Below are positions 40,746 through 49,169 of a stretch of 64,000 nt of DNA, in pieces. Location: the NCBI GenBank assembly GCA_030681555.1, contig JAUXRW010000030.1, positions 22,396 through 86,395 of the forward strand, in the 5' to 3' direction. The position numbers were made by a program, and so were the translations under genes. Source of the DNA: Acidimicrobiales bacterium (GTDB taxonomy: Bacteria; Actinomycetota; Acidimicrobiia; Acidimicrobiales; VFJN01). The notes beneath the pieces are model-generated. The model was not told where the DNA came from and ran no database searches. It saw only the letters and a program-made list of their open reading frames with translations. The stretch's first letter is position 1. Every line of letters begins with the position of its first letter.

Positions 40746-41783
40746 ATGACGAGACCACACATGACAGAACCTGACGAGGAGCGCATGCGCACGGCGCTGG
40801 AGCTGGCAGCCCGCGTCCGGCGCCTCACGCCGCCCAACCCCTGGGTCGGCTGCGTGCTCGAGACGGTCCACGGCGGCCGCTTCGAGGGGGCGACGGAGCG
40901 GGTCGGCGGCCGCCACGCCGAGGTCGTCGCACTGGTCGCGGCCCGGGCCGCCGGTGCCGACACGACGGGCGCCACGGCCTGGGTCACCCTCGAGCCCTGC
41001 TCGCACCACGGCCGCACGTCGCCGTGCGTCGATGCGCTGATCGACGCGGGCGTCGCCCGCGTCGTGGTCGCGCTCGAGGACGCCGACCCGAAGGTAGCGG
41101 GCAGGGGGCTGCGCCGCCTGCGCCAAGCGGGCGTCGAGGTCGTCGTGGGTCCAGGCGCCGTCGAGGCGGGCGACCTCCTGGCGCCCTACCTGGTGCACCG
41201 CCGCACGGGACGGCCGTTCGTCGTCCTGAAGCTGGCCGCCTCGCTCGACGGACGCACCGCGGCGCCGGACGGGACGAGCCAGTGGATCACCGGTGCAGCG
41301 GCCCGGGCCGACGCGCACGGCCTGCGCGCCGAGAGCGACGCCGTCCTCGTCGGCGCCGGCACCGTGCGGACCGACGATCCCTCATTGACGGTTCGGCACG
41401 CGCCCGCGCCGCGAGGCGACCCGATTCGGGTGGTGCTCGGCACCGCGCCCGCCGGCGCGAAGGTCCATCCCTGCCTCGAGCGCTCGGGCGACCTCGGAGC
41501 GGTGCTCGACGAGCTCGGGGCGAAGGACTGCCTGCAGCTGCTCGTAGAGGGTGGCGCGACCGTGGCGCACGCCTTCCACGACGCAAACCTGGTCGACCGC
41601 TACGTCACCTACGTGGCGCCGGCCCTCTTCGGGGGGGACGATGCCGCCGGGCTGTTCACCGGCGCGGGCGCCCCTACGCTGGAGGCCGTGCGCCGCGGCC
41701 GGTTCCGCTCGGTCGTCCGCCTTGGTGGCGACCTCCGCATCGATCTCGACTCGGCCCCGAACGCGGTCGGGGAGGAGCGCTGA
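40746..41783 (+). CDS. ribD: Bifunctional riboflavin biosynthesis protein RibD (pyrimidine deaminase / uracil reductase)
   Basis: 345 aa. PNPWVGCV, HAEV.AL, TLEPCSHHGRTSPC, then the reductase half (LKLA.SLDGR.A, SQWITG..AR...H.LRA..DA.LVG.GTV..DDP.LT.R). Confidence 0.95.
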   Translation: MTRPHMTEPDEERMRTALELAARVRRLTPPNPWVGCVLETVHGGRFEGATERVGGRHAEVVALVAARAAGADTTGATAWVTLEPCSHHGRTSPCVDALIDAGVARVVVALEDADPKVAGRGLRRLRQAGVEVVVGPGAVEAGDLLAPYLVHRRTGRPFVVLKLAASLDGRTAAPDGTSQWITGAAARADAHGLRAESDAVLVGAGTVRTDDPSLTVRHAPAPRGDPIRVVLGTAPAGAKVHPCLERSGDLGAVLDELGAKDCLQLLVEGGATVAHAFHDANLVDRYVTYVAPALFGGDDAAGLFTGAGAPTLEAVRRGRFRSVVRLGGDLRIDLDSAPNAVGEER

Positions 41784-41784
41784 C

Positions 41785-42360
41785 ATGTTCACCGGCATCG
41801 TCGAAGAGCTCGGCACCGTGGCGTCGCGCGAGGGCCCGCGCCTCCGCATCGAGGCCCGCACGGTGCTGGACGACGTCACGCTGGGTGCGTCGATCGCCGT
41901 GAACGGGTGCTGCCTCACGGTCGTCGGGTGGGATGCCGACGCGGGCTGGTGGGATGCCGACGTCGTCGAGGAGACCTACGCCCGCACGGCGCTTGGCCGG
42001 CTGCGGACGGGCGATCGCGTCAACCTGGAGCGGCCGGTGAGGCTCAGCGATCGGCTGGGCGGGCACCTCGTGCAGGGGCACGTGGACGGCGTCGGCGAGA
42101 TCGTGACGGCGGCGCCCGACCTGCGCGTGCGCACGGATCGGCACCTGCTGCGCTACGTCGTCGAGAAGGGATCGATCACGATCGACGGCATCAGCCTGAC
42201 GGTCGTCGAGCCCGAGGCTGACCGGTTCTCGGTCGCCGTGATCCCGCACACCATGGAGGTCACCACACTGGGTCGCAAGGGTCCGGGCGACGTCGTCAAC
42301 CTCGAGGCCGACGTCACGGCCAAGTACGTCGAGCGCCTGCTCGCCTGGAAGGATGTCTGA
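41785..42360 (+). CDS. ribE: Riboflavin synthase (alpha chain)
   Basis: ATG at 41785. MFTGIVEE.G, SIAVNG.CLTV, NLE, GH.VQGHVDG, SI..DG.SLTV. Confidence 0.95.
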   Translation: MFTGIVEELGTVASREGPRLRIEARTVLDDVTLGASIAVNGCCLTVVGWDADAGWWDADVVEETYARTALGRLRTGDRVNLERPVRLSDRLGGHLVQGHVDGVGEIVTAAPDLRVRTDRHLLRYVVEKGSITIDGISLTVVEPEADRFSVAVIPHTMEVTTLGRKGPGDVVNLEADVTAKYVERLLAWKDV

Positions 42361-42361
42361 C

Positions 42362-43591
42362 ATGCCCTTCGCCCGGATCGAAGATGCGGTGGCGGCCTAC
42401 GCCACGGGGGAGATCCTCGTCGTGGTCGACGACGAGGACCGCGAGAACGAGGGCGATCTCATCATGGCGGCCGAGTTCGCCACGCCCGAGAAGGTCGCCT
42501 TCTTCCTGCACCACACCTCGGGGTACCTGTGCGCGCCGATCACCGAGCAGCGGGCCCAGCAGCTCGAGCTGCCGTTGATGGTGATGCAGAACACCGAGGC
42601 GCAGCGCACCGCGTTCCTCATCACCGTCGACTACCGCCACGGCACGTCGACCGGGATCTCGTCGCACGACCGGTGCGCCACCGTGCGGGCGCTGTGCGAC
42701 CCTGCCACGCGTCCCGGTGACCTCGCCCGTCCGGGCCACATCAACCCGTTGATGGCCCGTGACGGCGGCGTCCTCAAACGGGCGGGTCACACCGAGGCCA
42801 CCATCGACCTCTGCACCATGGCCGGCCTGTACCCGGCCGGCCTCCTGTGCGAGATCGTCGACGACGACAAGCGGGACATGGCGCGGGTGCCGGAGCTGGA
42901 GCGCTTCGCCGACAAGCACGGCCTCCTCATGATCTCGATCGCCGACCTCGTGCGGTACCGGCGTCAGAACGAGAAGCTGGTGCGCCGCATCGCAGAGGCT
43001 CGCATCCCCACGCGGTGGGGCGATTTCACCTGCTACGCCTACGAGTCGCTGCTCGACGGCGAGCAGCACGTCGCCCTGGTGAAGGGCACGGTGGCGGGGG
43101 AAGACGACGTCCTCGTCCGGGTGCACAGCGAGTGCCTCACCGGCGACGTGTTTGGGTCACTCCGGTGCGACTGCGGCGTGCAGCTCGACTCGGCCATGCA
43201 GCTGATGGCCGAGGAAGGGCGTGGCGCCCTCGTGTACTTGCGGGGCCACGAGGGTCGGGGTGTCGGCATCGGCCACAAGATCCGCGCCTACAGCCTCCAG
43301 GAGCGCGGCCGTGACACGGTCGACGCCAACCTCGAGCTCGGGCTCCCCGAGGACAGTCGGGAGTACGGCATCGGCGCCCAGATCCTGGTCGACCTCGGTA
43401 TCACCACGATGCGCGTCATCACGAACAACCCGTCCAAGTACGGCGGCCTCGAGGGCTTCGGGCTGGAGATCACCGAGCGCATCCCGACGGTCGTCGGGGT
43501 GAACCCGGAGAACATCGCCTACCTCCGCACGAAGCGCGATCGGATGGGCCACCTGGTCGACGGGCTGGACGACATCGTCGACGGGTCGTGA
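42362..43591 (+). CDS. ribBA: Bifunctional 3,4-dihydroxy-2-butanone-4-phosphate synthase / GTP cyclohydrolase II
   Basis: ATG at 42362 is preferred because GGAAGGA lies 7-8 nt upstream (the track ATG at 42353 abuts the SD). VVDDEDRENEGDLI.AAE, RAGHTEA..DL, then HSECLTGDVFGS.RCDCG.QL, RGHEGRG.G...K. Confidence 0.95.
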   Translation: MPFARIEDAVAAYATGEILVVVDDEDRENEGDLIMAAEFATPEKVAFFLHHTSGYLCAPITEQRAQQLELPLMVMQNTEAQRTAFLITVDYRHGTSTGISSHDRCATVRALCDPATRPGDLARPGHINPLMARDGGVLKRAGHTEATIDLCTMAGLYPAGLLCEIVDDDKRDMARVPELERFADKHGLLMISIADLVRYRRQNEKLVRRIAEARIPTRWGDFTCYAYESLLDGEQHVALVKGTVAGEDDVLVRVHSECLTGDVFGSLRCDCGVQLDSAMQLMAEEGRGALVYLRGHEGRGVGIGHKIRAYSLQERGRDTVDANLELGLPEDSREYGIGAQILVDLGITTMRVITNNPSKYGGLEGFGLEITERIPTVVGVNPENIAYLRTKRDRMGHLVDGLDDIVDGS

Positions 43592-44079
43592 CGGGCGAGG
43601 CCGACAAGGCAGCGCCGGCGGCCGGCCTCGACGGCACTGGCCTGCGCATCGGCGTGGTGCGCGCCCGTTGGAACCCGCACATCGTAGAGCGCCTCGCCGA
43701 GGGCGTTCGCCGTGGGCTCGAGCAGCTGGGCGTGGCCGACACCGATGTGGTCGAGGTCGGCGTACCCGGCAGCTTCGAGCTGCCGATGGGCGCCCGCATC
43801 CTTGCCAGCTCGGGGCAGGTCGACGCAGTGATCTGCCTGGGCAGCGTGATCCGCGGGGAGACCACCCACTACGAGCTCGTGGCGGGGGAGTCGGCGGCGG
43901 GCATCCAGCAGGTGCAGCTGACCACGGGGGTGCCGGTGGCGTTCGGCGTCCTGACCACCGAGGACGAGGAGCAGGCGCTGGCGCGATCGCAGGGCCCAGG
44001 CGGTCACAACGTGGGTGAGGACTCAGCCATCGTGGCCGTGGAGATGGCCCGCCTCGCCGCCACCCACCCGCCGGCCTAG
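43588..44079 (+). CDS. ribH: 6,7-dimethyl-8-ribityllumazine synthase
   Basis: 163 aa. VV.ARWN..I...L..G, V.VPGSFELP, AVI.LG.VIRGET.HYE.V, GVL. Confidence 0.95.
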   Translation: MTGEADKAAPAAGLDGTGLRIGVVRARWNPHIVERLAEGVRRGLEQLGVADTDVVEVGVPGSFELPMGARILASSGQVDAVICLGSVIRGETTHYELVAGESAAGIQQVQLTTGVPVAFGVLTTEDEEQALARSQGPGGHNVGEDSAIVAVEMARLAATHPPA

Positions 44080-44134
44080 GCCGCGGCGGCATCGGGTTTC
44101 GGGCGGGTCGAGCGCGCCGCCTACCCTCGCCCAC

Positions 44135-45010
44135 GTGTTGCGCCTCGTCCTGCCCAAGGGTTCGCTCGAGAAGGCCACCCTCGAGCTGTTCGAGGCGGCC
44201 GACCTCCGCGTCGAACGGTCGTCCACGGTGGACTACAAGGCGACCATCGACGATCCGCGGATCGCCGAGGTGCGCATCCTGCGCCCGCAGGAGATCCCGA
44301 TGTACGTCGCCGAGGGGCTGTTCGACCTGGGCATCACCGGCCGCGACTGGGTGGAGGAGACGGCCAGTGACGTCGTCACCCTCGGCGAGCTCCACTACTC
44401 CAAGGCCACGAGCCGACCCATCCGCATGGTCGTCGCGGTGTCGCAGGACGGCCCGTTCGAGCGGGTGGAGGACCTGCCGCAGGGCGTCCGGGTGTCCACG
44501 GAGTACCCGGGCCTGACACGGCGCTTCTTCGAGGGCCGCGGCATCGCCGCCGACATCCGCCTCTCCTACGGTGCCACCGAGGCCAAGGTGCCCGACATCG
44601 TCGATTGCATCGTCGAGATCACGGAGACGGGCCGGGCCCTGCGGGCCGCCGGGCTCAAGATCATCGACGAAGTGCTGACGAGCTACACGGAGCTGATCGC
44701 CAACCCGGGCGCCACCGAAGATCCGGTCAAGCGCCATGCGATGGAGCAGGTCAAGACGCTCCTCGACGGCGTCATGGAGGCCCGCGGCAAGGTGCTCGTG
44801 AAGCTCAACGTGGCCGAGGCCGACCTCGCTGCGGTGATCGAGCTGCTGCCGTCGATGAAGTCGCCCACGGTGTCGAAGCTCTTCGGGGAAGGTGGCTACG
44901 CGGTCGAGACGGTGGTGGCCAAGGCCACCATCAACACCCTGATCCCGGATCTGAAGGACGCAGGGGCGAGCGACATCATTGAGCTCCCGCTGGCCAAGAT
45001 CGTCCACTGA
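44135..45010 (+). CDS. hisG: ATP phosphoribosyltransferase, long form
   Basis: GTG at 44135 gives VLRLVLPKGSLE. RPQEIP.YV..G..DLGITG.D, E.TG..L...GL, plus a C-terminal regulatory domain, for 291 aa in total. Confidence 0.92.
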   Translation: MLRLVLPKGSLEKATLELFEAADLRVERSSTVDYKATIDDPRIAEVRILRPQEIPMYVAEGLFDLGITGRDWVEETASDVVTLGELHYSKATSRPIRMVVAVSQDGPFERVEDLPQGVRVSTEYPGLTRRFFEGRGIAADIRLSYGATEAKVPDIVDCIVEITETGRALRAAGLKIIDEVLTSYTELIANPGATEDPVKRHAMEQVKTLLDGVMEARGKVLVKLNVAEADLAAVIELLPSMKSPTVSKLFGEGGYAVETVVAKATINTLIPDLKDAGASDIIELPLAKIVH

Positions 45011-45013
45011 CCC

Positions 45014-45232
45014 GTGGCCGGCCAGGGCGCGGTCGCCGAGTTCGACGAAGCTCGGGGCTGGGGCACAATCGACGCCGCCGGGCGCACCATCCCCTTCCAC
45101 TGCACGCAGATCTCCGACGGTACCCGCACTATCGAGGTCGGCACCCAGGTCACCTTCGAGGTTCGTCCGGGCGGCATGGGCCGCTGGGAGGCGGCCGCCG
45201 TGACGCCGGTTCGGGCGAGCGCCCCGCCCTAG
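45014..45232 (+). CDS. Small cold-shock-domain-like protein (degenerate RNP motifs)
   Basis: 72 aa, GTG start. G.V.EFDEARGWGTID...G..IPFHCT.I.DG.R.I..G..V.F.....G....A..V follows the CSD spacing, with RGWGTI in place of KGFGFI. Confidence 0.6.
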   Translation: MAGQGAVAEFDEARGWGTIDAAGRTIPFHCTQISDGTRTIEVGTQVTFEVRPGGMGRWEAAAVTPVRASAPP

Positions 45233-45639
45233 GCGCGCCGGGCGGACACCTCGAGGTAGGCGTTCTTCAGGTGGCCCAGGGCCTCACGCAGCGTCGGTTC
45301 GGCGTCGCCGAGCCGGCCCTCGAGGCCTCCCACCAGCGCGGAGAGCGCATCGATGGCGAGCACGGCCTCGGGGAGTTGCGGCTCCGAGGTCGTGAGGTGG
45401 ATCGCGGCGAGCTCGTAGATGCCCATTGCATGGTTGGCGATGACGACGGACGCCGGCGTCTCGAGCACGCTCTTGCGCACGTCGTCGAGCTCGGCCTGCA
45501 TGGCGGCCAGCTCGGCCCTCTCCTCCTCGCTCAGGTCCTCCGGGCGGAGCCCCTCGGGTGCTGCGCTCGGGGCAGGATCGGCGGCGGCGGGCTCGGGTCG
45601 GCCCACGGGGCGCTCGCCGTCAGGGGTCCAGAGGCTCAT
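45229..45639 (-). CDS. DUF1844-like protein
   Basis: 136 aa. An acidic N-terminus, then VVIANHAMGIYELAAIHL......L.EA..AIDAL.ALV. Divergent from infC, as is common in Actinobacteria. Shares a CTAG stop with the convergent CSD gene. Confidence 0.7.
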   Translation of the reverse strand: MSLWTPDGERPVGRPEPAAADPAPSAAPEGLRPEDLSEEERAELAAMQAELDDVRKSVLETPASVVIANHAMGIYELAAIHLTTSEPQLPEAVLAIDALSALVGGLEGRLGDAEPTLREALGHLKNAYLEVSARRA

Positions 45640-45795
45640 CGTCTCCCCGGTCGGGTTGTGGCCGTTGCAGACATCGCTGGTACCCTACGCGCCACAACTT
45701 CATCCGGAAGCGGGGCTCGCCCCCACCCGGCCACCCGCGATCTCGTGGCAGTGCGTCGGGTCGACCACGACCTCCGCAGCGTCCGCGCTGCGTCA

Positions 45796-45836
45796 GGCGG
45801 ACGTCGGCATCCTCGACGTCCGCCGTCGTCGTTCTC
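45796..45836 (+). promoter_or_regulatory. Terminator-like hairpin in the infC 5' leader (11-bp perfect stem, 7-nt loop, T-rich tail)
   Basis: GGCGGACGTCG gcatcct CGACGTCCGCC (45796-45824), followed by gtcgtcgttctct. No + strand gene ends upstream, so this is a leader element rather than an operon terminator. Confidence 0.45.
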
Positions 45837-45910
45837 TGGCCTCGGCGGGCACCACCCGACACATCCCGCGTACAGAGAGGTAGCTGCGCCTACATGAAGA
45901 GGATTTGGCG

Positions 45911-46666
45911 ATAGCCACGCCCCCGGCCAACAGCGAGCCACGGATCAACGACAGGATCCGGGCCCGAGAGGTTCGACTGGTGGGCCACGACGGCCAGCAG
46001 ATCGGCATCAGGCCGCTTCCCGAAGCCCTGGCCATCGCCCGGGAGCTCGACCTCGACCTCGTCGAGGTCGCCGCCCAGGCGAACCCACCCGTCTGCCGGG
46101 TCATGGACTACGGCAAGTACAAGTACGAGGCGGCTCAGAAGGCCAAGGAGTCTCGTCGCAAGACCACCAATGTCGTCATCAAGGAGATGAAGTACCGACC
46201 CAAGATCTCGAAGGGAGACTTCGACACCAAGACCCGCAAGGTCGAACGGTTCCTCGCCGAAGGCCACAAGGTGAAGGTCACCCTGACCTTCCGTGGCCGC
46301 GAGGTGTACCACCCCGACCTCGGCAAGAAGATCCTCGACCAGGTCGAGGAGGCCGTGAAGGACGTCGGACGTGTCGAGATCTTCCCCCGGATCGATGGTC
46401 GCAACATGACCATGGTCCTCACGCCAGACAAGCGGGCCCAGGCGGCAGCGCAGAAGGCAGCCGCCGCTGCCGAGGCGGACTCGGGTGCTCCGGAGGCCAG
46501 CCTCCCGGTGATCGAGAGCTCGGCCAGCCCGATGGCAGAGGCCCCGGTCGACATCTCACCCGTAGAGGCTGACGGCACCGACGCCACCGAGGCCCCGTCC
46601 GACGACAGCAGCACCACCGACACCGTGAGCAGCGACACCACAACGAGCAGCGACGCAGCCACCTGA
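45911..46666 (+). CDS. infC: Translation initiation factor IF-3 with an approximately 78-aa low-complexity C-terminal tail; probable AUA start
   Basis: EPRINDRIRA.EVRL....G.Q.G, NPPVCR.MDYGK.KYE, EMK.RP.I...D...K......FL..G.KVK....FRGRE. The GAGGA SD at 45899-45903 is 7 nt from the in-frame ATA at 45911 but only 1 nt from the track's TTG at 45905. Confidence 0.93.
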   Translation: MATPPANSEPRINDRIRAREVRLVGHDGQQIGIRPLPEALAIARELDLDLVEVAAQANPPVCRVMDYGKYKYEAAQKAKESRRKTTNVVIKEMKYRPKISKGDFDTKTRKVERFLAEGHKVKVTLTFRGREVYHPDLGKKILDQVEEAVKDVGRVEIFPRIDGRNMTMVLTPDKRAQAAAQKAAAAAEADSGAPEASLPVIESSASPMAEAPVDISPVEADGTDATEAPSDDSSTTDTVSSDTTTSSDAAT

Positions 46667-46697
46667 GCGTCGGCGCACCACCGAAGAGGGATCCCAG

Positions 46698-46892
46698 ATG
46701 CCCAAGATGAAGACCCACCGGGGCGCCGCCAAGCGCTTCAAGATCACCGGCACCGGCAAGCTCCGGCGCCTCCAGGTGAACAACAACCACATCCTCGAGA
46801 AGAAGGCCCCCAAGCGCATGCGCCGCTTGAAGGGAGAGACCTCCGTCGCCCCTGGTGACGCCGCCCGCATCAACCGGATGCTCGGCCGCTAG
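46698..46892 (+). CDS. rpmI: 50S ribosomal protein L35
   Basis: 64 aa. MPKMKTHRGAAKRFK.TG.GK. Confidence 0.97.
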   Translation: MPKMKTHRGAAKRFKITGTGKLRRLQVNNNHILEKKAPKRMRRLKGETSVAPGDAARINRMLGR

Positions 46893-46922
46893 GCCCGCCC
46901 AGAAGACGAAGGAGAGCAAGCC

Positions 46923-47291
46923 ATGGCACGGGTCAAGCGCGCCGTCCACTCCAAGAAGCATCGCAAGGTCGTCCTCGAGCGGGCCAAGGGCTACTACGGC
47001 AACAAGAGCCGGTCCTACAAGTCCGCCAACGAGCAGGTCCAGCACTCTCTGCAGTACGCGTTCCGCGATCGCCGGGCCCGAAAGGGCGACTTCCGCTCGC
47101 TCTGGATCCAGCGGATCAACGCCGCCTGCCGCGAGAACGGCACGTCGTACAGCCGGTTCATCTCCGGGTTGCGCCTCGCGGAGATCGAGGTGGACCGCAA
47201 GGTCCTCGCCGACCTCGCCGTCCGCGAACCCCAAGCGTTCACGGCCCTCGTCACGGCCGCCACCGAGGCATCGGCCAAGGAGAGCCCCTGA
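46923..47291 (+). CDS. rplT: 50S ribosomal protein L20
   Basis: 122 aa. MARVKRAV...K.RK......AKGY.G...R.Y..A...V......YA.RDRR.RK.DFR.LWI.RINAA. Confidence 0.97.
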   Translation: MARVKRAVHSKKHRKVVLERAKGYYGNKSRSYKSANEQVQHSLQYAFRDRRARKGDFRSLWIQRINAACRENGTSYSRFISGLRLAEIEVDRKVLADLAVREPQAFTALVTAATEASAKESP

Positions 47292-48097
47292 ACGACGGCG
47301 GGCCCATCGGGTCGCGCCATCCGAGTGTCCAGCGGCTGCGGCGCCTCACGAGGCGCCGCGCTGCGCGCTCGGAGGAGGGCGCGTTCGTGATCGATGGGCC
47401 CACCCTCGTGCGGGAGGCGCTCGACGCCGGCGTTGCGCTGCAGGAGGTCCTGGTCGAGGTCGGGCAGCACGCGGAGCTCGTCGGCGCCCTCGAGGCCACG
47501 GGAGTGGCAGTGCACAGCGTGCATCCCGACGTGCTCGCCCGGGCCGCCGACACGGTCACGTCGCAGGGCATCGCAGCGATCGCCAAGCGATTCGAGGTCT
47601 CGATCCGAGCCGGGATCGCGGCGGCGGAGGCCGGTCCGCTCGTCCTCGTGCTCGTCGACATCGCTGACCCGGGCAACGCCGGCACGCTTCTGCGCACCGC
47701 CGAGGCAGCCGGGGCGGCAGCGGTACTGTTCTGCGGGGCCTCCGTCGACCCCTCGAACCCCAAGTGCGTGCGAGCGTCGGCGGGCGCCGTCTTCCACCTT
47801 CCGGTGGCAAGCGGAGGAGATGCGGTGTCGGTGCTCGAGGGGCTGGGGAACGCCGGGGTGGCCCGTGTGGCGACCGTGGTACGGGGCGGGGCCCCCTACG
47901 ACGACGCCGACCTCACGGGTCCCGTGGCAGTCGTGCTCGGCAGCGAGGCCCACGGCCTGCCCGCCGAGCTCCGACCGCTCGTCGACCACCACCTGACGAT
48001 TCCGATGGAGGGACGCAGCGAGTCCCTGAACGTCGCCATGGCCGGCGCTGTCCTGTCGTTCGAGGCCCTCCGGCAGCGACGAGGCGAAGGGCGATGA
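47288..48097 (+). CDS. SpoU/TrmH-family rRNA 2'-O-methyltransferase (TsnR/RlmB-like); non-canonical start (CTG 47288 overlapping the rplT stop), first canonical codon GTG 47387
   Basis: Track ORF 47387..48097. The in-frame upstream sequence [38 protein letters not shown] matches the conserved SpoU substrate-binding N-terminus. C-terminal DPGN.GT..RTAEA.GA, GSE..GL, IPM.G..ESLNVA.A. Confidence 0.85.
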   Translation: MNDGGPIGSRHPSVQRLRRLTRRRAARSEEGAFVIDGPTLVREALDAGVALQEVLVEVGQHAELVGALEATGVAVHSVHPDVLARAADTVTSQGIAAIAKRFEVSIRAGIAAAEAGPLVLVLVDIADPGNAGTLLRTAEAAGAAAVLFCGASVDPSNPKCVRASAGAVFHLPVASGGDAVSVLEGLGNAGVARVATVVRGGAPYDDADLTGPVAVVLGSEAHGLPAELRPLVDHHLTIPMEGRSESLNVAMAGAVLSFEALRQRRGEGR

Positions 48098-49155
48098 CGT
48101 CGGTGCCGATCGACGCGCTGCCGGACGCCGTGCTGGTCGCTACGGCGGACGGCATCCTCACCGCCCTCAACCGGGTGGCGCTCGACGTGCTCGGCGCGGC
48201 CGCCGCCGACCTCATCGGCCGTCCGCTGGGGGAGGCGTTCCACGTGCGGGCCCCGGGCGGCGCGCCGACGATGCGCGAGGGCTGGCCCGGGCAGGAGGGG
48301 GAGCGCGAAGTGACCTTCCGCCGGCCGGACGGGACCGACCTGCAAGTCGCGGTCACCGCGCGGGTTGACGGCGACGTGGCCATCGTGGCCCTGCGGCCCT
48401 CTGGGGAGCGCAGCGGGATCGCCGTCATCTCCACCATCTCGCACGAGCTCCGCAGCCCGCTCACCTCGGTCAAGGGCTACACGTCGCTGATGCTCAGCCG
48501 GTGGGACCGGCTCAAAGACGAGCAGAAGAGGACCATGCTGGAGCAGGTCCACCACGACGCCGACCGCGTCACGCGCCTCGTCACCGAGCTGCTCGATATC
48601 AGTCGGCTCGAGACGGGGCGCCTCGTGCTGCGGCGGCAGCTGGTGGACGTCCCCGCCCTCGCAGCGTCGGTCGTCGACAAGGTCGCGATGGGCGTGGCCG
48701 ACCTGGACTGCGAGGTCGAGTTCCCCGACGGCTTTCCCCGGGTCTACGCCGACCCCGACAAGGTCGAGCAGGTGCTCACGAACCTGGTCGAGAACGCGGC
48801 CAAGTACGGAAGCCCCGCGGCGATGCGCGTGTCGGGGGACGCCCTCGACGGCGTCGTCGCGGTGACCGTGCGCGACACCGGCGAGGGCATCCCCCAGGGC
48901 GACCTCCAGCGGGTGTTCACGAAGTTCTTCCGGCGCGACCACGGCCGGCCCAACGGCACCGGTCTGGGGCTGTGGATCAGCCAGGGGCTGGTCGAGGCGC
49001 ACGGCGGTGTCCTCACCGCCGAGTCGGAGCTCGGCTCGGGCAGCACGTTCCGCTTCACGCTGCCCATCCAGACCTTCGACCAGGACGGCGCGCGTGGCAA
49101 CGACGAAAGAGACGGCGACCCGGAACCGATTGGCGACGACGCGGCCCGACCGTAG
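48094..49155 (+). CDS. Cytoplasmic PAS-domain sensor histidine kinase (no adjacent response regulator)
   Basis: ATG at 48094 (ATGA overlap with the methyltransferase). PAS-like LPDAVLVATADGILTALNRVALDVLG....LIGRPL. H-box SHELRSPLTSVKGY, N-box LVENAAKYG, G1 VRDTGEGIP, G2 GTGLGLWISQGLVEAHGG. No TM segment. Confidence 0.88.
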   Translation: MTSVPIDALPDAVLVATADGILTALNRVALDVLGAAAADLIGRPLGEAFHVRAPGGAPTMREGWPGQEGEREVTFRRPDGTDLQVAVTARVDGDVAIVALRPSGERSGIAVISTISHELRSPLTSVKGYTSLMLSRWDRLKDEQKRTMLEQVHHDADRVTRLVTELLDISRLETGRLVLRRQLVDVPALAASVVDKVAMGVADLDCEVEFPDGFPRVYADPDKVEQVLTNLVENAAKYGSPAAMRVSGDALDGVVAVTVRDTGEGIPQGDLQRVFTKFFRRDHGRPNGTGLGLWISQGLVEAHGGVLTAESELGSGSTFRFTLPIQTFDQDGARGNDERDGDPEPIGDDAARP

Positions 49156-49169
49156 AGGCTCCTCCGACG

